Of a DNA stretch of 64,000 nucleotides, positions 25,533 through 34,900 are shown piece after piece. Every line of letters starts with the position of its first letter. Position 1 is the stretch's first letter. The notes under the pieces were generated by a model that saw only the letters and a list, made by a program, of their open reading frames with translations, was not told where the DNA came from and ran no database searches. Origin of the DNA: Tepidisphaera sp. (GTDB lineage Bacteria > Planctomycetota > Phycisphaerae > Phycisphaerales > UBA1924). The position numbers and the translations under genes are program-made. The stretch lies in assembly GCA_050916045.1 (NCBI GenBank), contig CP051526.1, positions 3,487,015 to 3,551,014 of the forward strand. The letters are read 5' to 3'.

Positions 25533-28500
25533 CCAGCGGAACGCGCTCAGGTCGTGTCGAGGAGATCTTCCTTCGGGCGATCGAGCGCGAACCGGGCGAA
25601 TGGCGGCACATCCTCGACACCGAGTGCGAGGGCGACAGGGAGCTCCGCGCCGAGGTCGAGTCGCTGCTGAAAAACCACGCCGACAGCGACGACTTCATGG
25701 ACAGCAAGGACGCCCCCGGCAAGGGGCTCCTGACGGGATTCGAAGCCGCCGCGGGCCGCGAGGAGGCCCTTGCCCTCCCGGCCGACGGGATGATCGGCCG
25801 CTACCGCGTGCTCGACCGGATCGGCGCCGGCGGCATGGGCGTCGTGTATCGCGCGGAACAGGACCGCCCCAAACGCACCGTGGCGCTCAAGGTCCTCCGC
25901 ACCGGCCACACTTCGCCTCGGATGCTGCGCCGGTTTGAGTTCGAAGCCGAGGTCCTCGGCCGGCTTCAGCACCCCGGCATCGCGCAGGTGTACGAAGCCG
26001 GCGCCTGGACGCACGAGGGCACCACGCGCCCGTTCATCGCGATGGAACTCGTCCGCGGGCTGAACATCAGCCGTCACTGCGAGGAGAAGAATCTCGGCGT
26101 TCGCGAGCGCCTCGACCTCATCGCACGGGTCTGCGACGCGGTCCAGCACGCCCACCAGGTCGGCGTGATCCACCGCGACCTCAAGCCCGGCAACATCCTG
26201 ATCGCCGAGGACGGCCAGCCCAAGCTGCTCGACTTCGGCGTCGCCCGCCCGCTCCAGAACGACCTGCAGCTCACGACGAGCATGACCGGCCTGGGCGCGC
26301 TCATCGGCACGCTCCCCTACATGAGCCCAGAGCAGGTGCTCGGCGACCCCTCCAAGATCGACACCCGCTCGGACGTCTACGCGATGGGCGTCATCCTGTA
26401 CGAACTCCTCGCCGGCAAGCTCCCGCACGACGTCCGAAGCAGGTCGCTGCCCGAAGCCGCTCGCATCATCCGCGACGAGCAACCCGCCCGCCTCAGCGGC
26501 ATCGACCGGCAGTTCCGCGGAGAGATCGAAACCATCGTCAGCCAGGCTCTCGAGAAAGACCCCGCGGTCCGGTACCAGCGTGCCGCCGACCTCGCAGACG
26601 ACATCCGCCGTTACCTCTCGGGCAACCCCATCCAGGCCCGCAACGCCTCGCGCTGGTACGTCGTGCAGAAGACGATCCGCAAGCATCGCGGGTGGGTCGC
26701 CTCCGGCGTCGCGGCGTTCATGGGCCTGGGTGCCTTTGCGATCTACGCCAACCTGCAGGCCCAGAACGAGAAGATCAACCGCATCCAGGTCGAAGCGGCG
26801 CTGCTCGAAGCCAGCACGCAGCGGCGCGTCGCCGACACCCAGCGCAACGCCGCCGAGACCCAGCGCATCGCCGCGGAGACCCAGCGCGTCGAAGCCGACA
26901 CGCAGCGCACCGTCGCCCGCGAAGCGGCCGCTCGCCTTGAGACCGAGCTCCGCGTCAGCACCATCGAGAACGCCCGGCTGATGTCGCGCACCGGCGACCT
27001 CGGCATCGCCGAGAAATCCCTATGGCGAGAGCACCTCCGCACGCCGAGCTCGCTCCACACCCGCTGGGCGTTGTGGGAGATGTACTACCAGCACGGCATG
27101 GTCGCGACCGTCCAGGCGCACCCCGCGAGCATCACCGCCACCGCCGTCGCGCCCGACGGCTTCTCCTGCGCGACCGCAAGCACCGACGCTTGCATCCGCC
27201 TCTGGCGCACCGCCGACATGTCGCCCATCCGCGAAATCAAAGCCCACACGGCCGGCACGCAGATCGTCGGGATGGCTTACTCAAGCGACGGGAAGACGCT
27301 CGTCTCGGCGGGCCGCGACCGCGCCATCGCGATTCACGACGTCGCGACGGGCGCAAGGATCAACACCGTCCTCGCGAGCACGCCCGTGGCCCGCATGGCC
27401 CTCTCGCCGGATTCGACCCGCCTCGCGGTCACCACCGACCGAGGCGTCGTCTCGATGTACGACTTCCCCTCTCTGACGGAACTCATGAGCATCCGTCTTC
27501 CGGTGGGAACCGTCTCGGTGATCTTCTCGACCGACGGCCGGACGCTCTACATCGGCGCCCGCGACGGCGGGCTTTACGCGGTGACGCCGGAGGGCGAAAC
27601 CGTCTTTGAAGCGACGCTTGCCAACGGCCATGGCGGGCAGGGGCTGGGCACGCTCGGAGTGAACCCGATCACCGGTGTGGTACTCTCCGGCGGGCGCGAC
27701 CGCATGATCCGCGCGACCGACGGCGCGACGGGCAAACCGCTCGCGGGCACCCCCACCGCCAACGGCGCCGTGACCGGCCTGCGTGTCTTTGGCGACGGGT
27801 CGACGATTGTCTCCTCGGGGTGGTGGAAGCTCGATCTGCACGACGCGGTGACCATGCAGCGGAAAAAGTCGTTCACGGCCTCGGCCATCGCGTCCCTCGA
27901 ACTCTTCGGCGACGACCGGTACGCTCTCGCCGGGATGTCCACCGGCGAAGCCCGCATCTGGGAACTGACCCCGGGCGGCCGCATCGACCTCCCCGGCCTC
28001 GAAGGTCGCGTCTCCGCCGGGTTCAGCCGCGACGGCAAACACCTCTTCACCGGCGACTCGACCGGCAGGGTCCGGATGTGGTCGCTCCCGACGCTCAAGC
28101 ACGTCCGGTCGTGGAACGGGCACAAAGGCCGCGTCATGACCATCGTCGCCGGCCCCGGACCCGGCCAGGTCGTCACGACCGGACAAGACGACCGATTCCT
28201 CCGCGTGTGGGACGTCTCAACCGGCGAGCGGCTGCACGAGATCCCCAGGGTGCTCAGCGAGTCCAACGCGTCGGTCGATATCACGCCCGACGGCAAGCGA
28301 TTCGCGATCGTCACCGCGGACGGCACGCTCACCGTTGGCGAGACGGACGGCTGGCGCGTGACGCACACGATGGTCAAGCAGCCGACGGGGTACGCGTACA
28401 TCGCCGCTCGCTTTAATCAGGACGGGTCGCGTCTGATGGCGAGCAACCGGAACCAATCGTCCTTCCTCTGGGACATGTCGGACCTCACGCTCCCTCCCAA

Positions 28501-29041
28501 GACGACAACGAACCGGGAGCGCCAGCAGTGGTCGATGGCGTTCGCGCCCGATGGCAAGCACATCGCCCTGTCGTCGTGGGGGCGCGTGATCGACCTGCTG
28601 GACGCATCGACGCTCGAGCCGGTCGCGACTCTGGAGGGGCACTCGGCGCTGGTCGGCAACGTCGATTACTGCCCGACGGATTCCCGGATTCTGGCATCCA
28701 CCTCCGTGGACGGAACGGTTCGCCTGTGGGACACGCGGGAGCGGCGCAACCTGTTGCTTCTGACGATCGGAGATGCGGCGGTCGAGGGGATCGTGACGAG
28801 GTTCAGTCCCGACGGCAAGACGCTGGTCGTGACGGGCTCCTACGGCGTCTGCTTCGTGCTTGATCTTGAGTACTACGACCGAGTGATCGCGAACCACGCG
28901 CGTGTTTCGGCTTCCGCCCGCGGGGAGGCGGAGATCGATCCGGCGGAATTCGCCGCTCTCAACCAGTGGACGAACCGTCTGCTGGCCCAGCCATGGCCGA
29001 GGCTTGGCAAATCGACCGATTCCGCCGCGAGCGGCCGCTGA
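25529..29041 (+). CDS. Ser/Thr protein kinase with transmembrane segment, heptad-repeat stalk and C-terminal WD40 repeats
   Basis: 1,170 aa. Kinase motifs are VALKVL, HRDLKPGNIL, DFGVAR and GTLPYMSPEQ. The TM segment is WVASGVAAFMGLGAFAIYANL. Five x-TQR-xxx heptads follow, then many WD-like blades (for example CIRLWRT, DRFLRVWDV, GTVRLWDT). Confidence 0.9.
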   Translation: MTSGTRSGRVEEIFLRAIEREPGEWRHILDTECEGDRELRAEVESLLKNHADSDDFMDSKDAPGKGLLTGFEAAAGREEALALPADGMIGRYRVLDRIGAGGMGVVYRAEQDRPKRTVALKVLRTGHTSPRMLRRFEFEAEVLGRLQHPGIAQVYEAGAWTHEGTTRPFIAMELVRGLNISRHCEEKNLGVRERLDLIARVCDAVQHAHQVGVIHRDLKPGNILIAEDGQPKLLDFGVARPLQNDLQLTTSMTGLGALIGTLPYMSPEQVLGDPSKIDTRSDVYAMGVILYELLAGKLPHDVRSRSLPEAARIIRDEQPARLSGIDRQFRGEIETIVSQALEKDPAVRYQRAADLADDIRRYLSGNPIQARNASRWYVVQKTIRKHRGWVASGVAAFMGLGAFAIYANLQAQNEKINRIQVEAALLEASTQRRVADTQRNAAETQRIAAETQRVEADTQRTVAREAAARLETELRVSTIENARLMSRTGDLGIAEKSLWREHLRTPSSLHTRWALWEMYYQHGMVATVQAHPASITATAVAPDGFSCATASTDACIRLWRTADMSPIREIKAHTAGTQIVGMAYSSDGKTLVSAGRDRAIAIHDVATGARINTVLASTPVARMALSPDSTRLAVTTDRGVVSMYDFPSLTELMSIRLPVGTVSVIFSTDGRTLYIGARDGGLYAVTPEGETVFEATLANGHGGQGLGTLGVNPITGVVLSGGRDRMIRATDGATGKPLAGTPTANGAVTGLRVFGDGSTIVSSGWWKLDLHDAVTMQRKKSFTASAIASLELFGDDRYALAGMSTGEARIWELTPGGRIDLPGLEGRVSAGFSRDGKHLFTGDSTGRVRMWSLPTLKHVRSWNGHKGRVMTIVAGPGPGQVVTTGQDDRFLRVWDVSTGERLHEIPRVLSESNASVDITPDGKRFAIVTADGTLTVGETDGWRVTHTMVKQPTGYAYIAARFNQDGSRLMASNRNQSSFLWDMSDLTLPPKTTTNRERQQWSMAFAPDGKHIALSSWGRVIDLLDASTLEPVATLEGHSALVGNVDYCPTDSRILASTSVDGTVRLWDTRERRNLLLLTIGDAAVEGIVTRFSPDGKTLVVTGSYGVCFVLDLEYYDRVIANHARVSASARGEAEIDPAEFAALNQWTNRLLAQPWPRLGKSTDSAASGR

Positions 29042-29062
29042 TCTCTGGCCGGCGGGAACGGA

Positions 29063-29665
29063 TCACTTGGGATATTCGAAGGGGATCGGGACGCCCGTGC
29101 GGAGTGATTCACGGATGGGTCCGCGCCAGTTGGTGAACGTCTCGATCAGGTACGGGTTCCTGTCCGGATCGTGGTCGAACCGCTGAGCTTCGTCGTACGC
29201 GGCTTCGGGCGTCACGTTTTCCTGGAAGTTCCTGTACAGCATCACGACGCAACCGGTGCGTTCGGACCCGGCGGAGCAGTGGACCAGGACGGGCTGCGCC
29301 GACGGATCGTTCATGATCCGGAGAGCCTTGACGTACGCGTTGGGGTCGCCGCGCGAATCACCCTCAAGCCGGAAGACATACCGCTTGATCCCGAGGGCTT
29401 CCGCGGTGCGCTGCTCGCGCTGCTCTTCGATCGAGCCCGGCTCCCACGCTCCGAAATCGATGATGGTCCGGATCCCCTTCTCGCCGTGAACGCGGGTGAT
29501 CGCCCCGGGAGACAAGCGGCCGGACCGGTAGATCTTCCCCTCGGCCACCACACCGAACCGCCGCGGCACGAACTCGGGCCGGATCACCGTCGCGTACACG
29601 ACGCCTGAGGTCGCCAGCACCGCTGCGGCGATCAAGGACCAACGAACTCGACGGGCCATCGGCAT
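29063..29665 (-). CDS. membrane-anchored protein tyrosine/dual-specificity phosphatase-like protein (CX5R)
   Basis: Track ORF 29063..30166 trimmed to the ATG at 29665 (MPMARRVRWSLIAAAVLATSGVVYA). The P-loop is VLVHCSAGSERTG. The rest of the long ORF is antisense to recR. Confidence 0.7.
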   Translation of the reverse strand: MPMARRVRWSLIAAAVLATSGVVYATVIRPEFVPRRFGVVAEGKIYRSGRLSPGAITRVHGEKGIRTIIDFGAWEPGSIEEQREQRTAEALGIKRYVFRLEGDSRGDPNAYVKALRIMNDPSAQPVLVHCSAGSERTGCVVMLYRNFQENVTPEAAYDEAQRFDHDPDRNPYLIETFTNWRGPIRESLRTGVPIPFEYPK

Positions 29666-29710
29666 GCGAGAGCGTAGGTCGCGGCCCGAACGGGGAACGT
29701 ACACTCCCGT

Positions 29711-30388
29711 GTGCCCGCCAAACCCCGATCCAACCCGAGACTCGATGACGATGGCAGCGGCCGCCGCTCCGCATACCCGGCCGCGGTGCAGCGGCTGATC
29801 GGCGAGTTCGCGCGGCTCCCCGGGATCGGCCGGCGATCCGCCGAGCGGCTCGCGTTCTTCATCTTGAAGTCCGCGCCGCAGGATGCGCTGGGCCTCGCCC
29901 GCGCGATCCAAGAGGTAAAGGAGTCGGTCAAGCACTGCCGGGTCTGCTCCAACCTGTCGGACGACGTGGTCTGCTCGGTGTGCGCGGATGCTTCGCGCGA
30001 CCGGCGGACGGTGCTGGTGGTGGAGCAGCCCAAGGACCTGATCGCCCTGGAGCAGACGGGGATGTACAAGGGGCTGTACCACGTGCTTCTCGGACGGTTG
30101 TCGCCGCTCGAAGGTATCGGACCTGAGCACCTCACCGCCGGGGACCTCCTGCAAAGAGTGGACCACTCAGATTCAAACCCGGGGGGGGTCAAGGTCGAAG
30201 AAGTGATCATGGGGCTGAACCCCACGCTCGAAGGAGACGGCACCGCGCTGTTCCTGAGCGAACAACTCCGGGCCCGCGGCGTGCGGGTCAGCCGACTCGC
30301 CAGGGGGTTGCCCAGCGGGTCAAGCCTCGAGTTCGCGAACAAGTCCGTGCTCGCGGACGCGATCGTCGGACGGCAGCGGGTGGACTAG
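29711..30388 (+). CDS. recR: recombination protein RecR
   Basis: Motifs are LPGIGRRSAERLAFFIL (HhH), the CRVCSNLSDDVVCSVC zinc finger, and the Toprim segment VLVVEQPKDLIALE...VIMGLNPTLEGDGTA. The track uses a GTG start at 29711; a shorter start is possible. Confidence 0.9.
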   Translation: MPAKPRSNPRLDDDGSGRRSAYPAAVQRLIGEFARLPGIGRRSAERLAFFILKSAPQDALGLARAIQEVKESVKHCRVCSNLSDDVVCSVCADASRDRRTVLVVEQPKDLIALEQTGMYKGLYHVLLGRLSPLEGIGPEHLTAGDLLQRVDHSDSNPGGVKVEEVIMGLNPTLEGDGTALFLSEQLRARGVRVSRLARGLPSGSSLEFANKSVLADAIVGRQRVD

Positions 30389-30439
30389 CCCTCACGTCCC
30401 CCACTCCCACCCGCGGCGGAAGGACAAGCGGATCACTTG

Positions 30440-31888
30440 ATGCGATTCGAGACCTCACAACACATGAAGATGGGCCAGTCGATGCGGCTGGCCCCGCGGA
30501 TGATCCAGTCGATGGAGATTCTGCAGATGCCCCTCGCCGAACTCGAGGAACGCATCGAACGTGAGCTCGAAAGCAACCCCACCCTTGAGATCATCGAACG
30601 CGAGCCCGGCGACCCCGTGGAAGCCGCCGACGCCGCCGGACGCGCCCTCACCGAACTGACCAAGCGGGCCGGTCTGGACCGCCTCCGCCGCAACAACGGC
30701 GAGCGCGACGCCAAGACCGACGCGATGTCGGCCGAGCCGGCGCGGTCCGAATCCCTCCTCGAACAGCTTCAGCACCAGTGGTCTTTGGTGGAGGTCAACG
30801 CGCACACGCGAGCGATGGGCGAGCTCCTGCTCTCGCACCTGGACGCGGACGGATACCTGCGGACGCCGCTCGTGACCATCGCCGAGCGTGCATCCACCGC
30901 GGACCACCCCACCACCGTCGCGGACCTGGAGACGGCCCTCAAGGGCTTGCAGCTCTTCCTCGAGCCCGCGGGGATCGCGGCCCGGGACGTGCGCGAGTGC
31001 CTGCTGCTTCAGCTTGACGCGATGGCGGAGTCCGAATCTCCGCCGGACCCGATCATCGTCTCGCACGCTCACCGACTCGTCGCGGACCACCTCGACGATC
31101 TGATGAAGAACCGTCTGCCGCGGGTCGCGGAAAAGACGGGGTATTCGATGGTCGAGATCCGCGAAGCCATCGACCTGATGCGCCGCCTCAGCCTGCACCC
31201 GGGCCGCCGCCTCGTGCCCGATGAACCCAGCGGCATCGTCCCCGACGCGATCGTCGAGTATGAACCCGACGGCGACCGCTATCTCGTGTACCTCAACGAC
31301 GCCCGGCTTCCGAACCTCCGCGTCAATCAGGAATACGCCAAGCTCGCCAAGGACAAGAAAGCAATCGACCAGCGCGGCCGCGATTTCATCAAGACCAACC
31401 TCAGCAACGCCCAGTGGCTGATGGAAGCCGTCGGCCAGCGGCGGCAAACGCTCCTGCGCGTCGTCGAGCGCGTCGTCGAGCACCAGCGCGACTTCTTCGA
31501 CCAGGGCCCGCAAGCCCTCAAGACGCTCCCGATGTCCGTCATCGCGGATGAGCTGGGTGTTCACCTCGCGACCATCAGCCGGGCCGTCTCCGAGAAGTAC
31601 ATCGCGACCCCGCGCGGCGTCTGGCCCCTCCGCAAGTTCTTCTCCGGCGGCCTTTCGACCAAAGCCGACGCCGAAACCGGCGAGGGCGGCGGCGAGGACA
31701 TGGCGTGGGAAGCGATCAAGATCGCTCTCCGCGAGGTCATCGACGCGGAAGACAAGTCCAAGCCCCTCTCGGACGACGCTCTCGCCGACGCCCTGAAGAA
31801 GCGGGGCATCGAGATCGCACGCCGGACCGTCGCGAAGTACCGCGACCAGCTCAGCATCCCGCCCGCACGCCTGCGGCGGACGTTCTGA
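30440..31888 (+). CDS. rpoN: RNA polymerase sigma-54 factor
   Basis: ATG at 30440, one codon inside the TTG of the track ORF. The N-terminus MRLAPRMIQSMEILQMPLAELEERIERELESNP is typical of RpoN. The C-terminal RpoN box is ARRTVAKYR. Confidence 0.9.
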   Translation: MRFETSQHMKMGQSMRLAPRMIQSMEILQMPLAELEERIERELESNPTLEIIEREPGDPVEAADAAGRALTELTKRAGLDRLRRNNGERDAKTDAMSAEPARSESLLEQLQHQWSLVEVNAHTRAMGELLLSHLDADGYLRTPLVTIAERASTADHPTTVADLETALKGLQLFLEPAGIAARDVRECLLLQLDAMAESESPPDPIIVSHAHRLVADHLDDLMKNRLPRVAEKTGYSMVEIREAIDLMRRLSLHPGRRLVPDEPSGIVPDAIVEYEPDGDRYLVYLNDARLPNLRVNQEYAKLAKDKKAIDQRGRDFIKTNLSNAQWLMEAVGQRRQTLLRVVERVVEHQRDFFDQGPQALKTLPMSVIADELGVHLATISRAVSEKYIATPRGVWPLRKFFSGGLSTKADAETGEGGGEDMAWEAIKIALREVIDAEDKSKPLSDDALADALKKRGIEIARRTVAKYRDQLSIPPARLRRTF

Positions 31889-31935
31889 AAGCGATCGCTC
31901 GCGCGATCGTCTCTTTGAGAACCTAACCTCCGCTC

Positions 31936-34900
31936 GTGGACGACGTGCTTCGACATCTGGCCCTCGGGCTGAAAGACTGCCTGACGACCGATCGATACCG
32001 AGTTTCAAGGCGACTCCGCCAGCTTCGCGACGACCTCGACCGCGGCCGGAAGATTCCCGAAGCCGAGATCGACAGGCTCTATCAGGCCGTCACCGAATGC
32101 CGCGAACGCGCCGCCAGGCACATCGCCCGCCTGCCGCAGACCTCGTACCCGCCCGAGCTTCCCGTCAGCCAGAAGCGCGAGGAGATCATCGCCGCCATCC
32201 GCGACCACCAGGTCGTCGTCGTCTGTGGCGAGACCGGAAGCGGCAAGACCACGCAGCTCCCCAAGATCTGCATCGACGCCGGCCGCGGCCGCACGGGCCT
32301 CATCGGCCACACCCAGCCGCGCCGCTTGGCCGCACGCTCGGTCGCCGCCCGCATCGCGGAGGAACTCGGCGTGGAGCTCGGCAACGCGGTCGGGTACAAG
32401 GTCCGCTTCGGCGACAAGACCTCGCCCAACACGATCATCAAGCTCATGACCGACGGCATCCTGCTGACCGAGACGCAGCACGACCGCCCGCTCGCCCACT
32501 ACGACACCATCATCATCGACGAAGCCCACGAACGCTCGCTCAACATCGACTTCCTCCTCGGCTACCTCAAACAGCTCCTCCCCAAGCGGCCCGACCTCAA
32601 GGTCATCATCACCTCGGCGACGATCGACCCCAAGCGGCTGAGCTTGCACTTCAGCAACGCTCCGATCATCGAGGTCTCGGGCCGCACGTACCCCGTCGAG
32701 ATCCGGTACAAGCCGCTCACCCGCGGCGAGGACGAGGAGGACCTTCGCGTCGAGGACGGCCTCGTCCACGCGCTGGATGAGATCCACCGCGAGGGCGAGG
32801 GCGATGTGCTCGTGTTCCTCCCCGGCGAGCGTGAGATCCGACAAGCCGCCGACCACCTCGCGGACCACTTTCCGCGCGGCGTCGAGGTCGTCCCGCTTTA
32901 CGCCCGCCTCTCCAACCACGAACAGCACAAGATCTTCGAGCGCACCCGCCCCGGGTATCGCCGCATCGTTCTCGCGACCAACATCGCCGAGACAAGCCTG
33001 ACCGTCCCGGGCATCCGGTACGTCGTGGATTCGGGCTTCGGACGCATCAGCCGGTACAGCCCGTCGACCAAGGTGCAGCGGCTTCCGATCGAAGCAATCA
33101 GCAAAGCCTCCGCGAACCAGCGCTCCGGCCGCTGCGGCCGACTCGGCCCCGGCATTGCCATCCGCCTCTACGGCCACGACGACTTTCTCGGCCGCGCGGA
33201 ATTCACCGACCCCGAGATCCTCCGCACCAACCTCGCAAGCGTCATCCTCCAGATGAAAGCCCTGCGCCTGGGCCGCATCGAGGACTTCCCGTTCATCGAC
33301 GCTCCCGATGGCCGCATGGTCCGCGACGGGTACGAAACCCTCCACGAACTCGGCGCCATCACCGAGGACGGCGACATCACGCCCGTCGGCACCAAGCTCG
33401 CCAAGCTCCCCATCGACCCGCGACTGGGCCGCATGCTCCTCGCCGCCGTGGACGAGAACGCCGTCCGCGAGCTTCTCGTCGTCACCGCCGCGCTGGGCAC
33501 CCAGGACCCGCGCGAACGCCCCATGGAAGCCGGCGACAAAGCCGACAAAGCCCACGAACAGTTCGAGGACCCCGAAAGCGACTTCATCGCTCTCCTCAAC
33601 CTCTGGCGGGCGTTCCACGAGATGGAGGACAAGCTCACCGGCGGCAAGCTCCGCCGCTGGTGCAAGGACAACTTCGTCAGCTTCCTCAAGATGCGCGAGT
33701 GGATCAGCACCCACGACCAGCTCGCTCGACTCGCCGACGAGCTTGGCCTCAAGGTCAACGCCAAGCCCGCCGAACGCGACAACGTCCACCGCGCGATCCT
33801 CGCCGGCCTGCTCTGCTCGATCGGCGTCAAGTCCGACAAGAAGGACGGGTACGGTTACGAAGGCTGCCGAGGCGTCAAGTTCTCGATCTTCCCGGGCTCG
33901 GGCCTCTTCCGCAAGGGGCCGCAGCACGTCATGGCCGGCGAACTGCTCCAGACGACCAAGCTTTACGCCCACGACGTCGCGAAGATCCGCCCGGAGTGGG
34001 TCGAACGCGTCGGCGCTCACCTCGTCAAGCGGCACTACTCCGAGCCGCACTACGACGAGAACCACATGATGGTCTACGCGTACGAACGCGTCACCATCTA
34101 CGGCCTTGAGATCGTCTCCCGTCGCCGCGTGCACTACGGACCCATCGACCCCGCCATCGCCCGCGAGATCTTCCTCCAGCACGCGATGGTCGAGGAGCAG
34201 TACATCAGCCCCGCGCCCTTCTGGACGCACAACAAAGAGCTCGTCGCCGAACTCCGCCACCTCTCGCAGAAAGCCCGCCAGAGCGACATCGCCGTCGACC
34301 CGCGACTCATCTTCGACTTCTACGACAAGAAGCTCGGCCCCGGCGTCTTTTCGGGCGCGACGCTCGACCTGTGGCGCAAGCAGAACGAACGCGGCAACCC
34401 CAAGGTCCTCTTCATGTCGCGGGCCGACCTGGAGCCACCCGCAGCCCGCGAGGTGACCAAGGAGAAGTTCCCCGACGCGCTCGAGAACTTCGGGACGCGC
34501 CTCAACCTCTCCTACCGGTTCGACCCCGGCAAGGACGATGACGGCGTGACGATTACCGTGCCGCTCGAGACGCTCCACCAGGTGGATGAGACCCGGCTGG
34601 AATGGGGCGTGCCCGGCCTTCTGCCCCAGAAGATCGCCGCGATGATCGAAGCCCTGCCTAAGCAGCACCGCAAGGAACTGGGCGACTCCGACGCTCTCGG
34701 CAAGCAGATCGCGGGGCTTGTGACCTTCGGCAAAGGCTCGCTTCTGGACGCCGTCGCGTCCACCGTTCGGGCCGAAGCCCAGGTCGACATCCCGCGCGAC
34801 GCCTGGCGCGTCGAAAGCCTGCCCCGCCACCTTCGCGTCACCATCCGCGTCGTCGACGACAAGGGCGTCGTGCTCGGAAGCGACAAGGACCTCCACAAGC

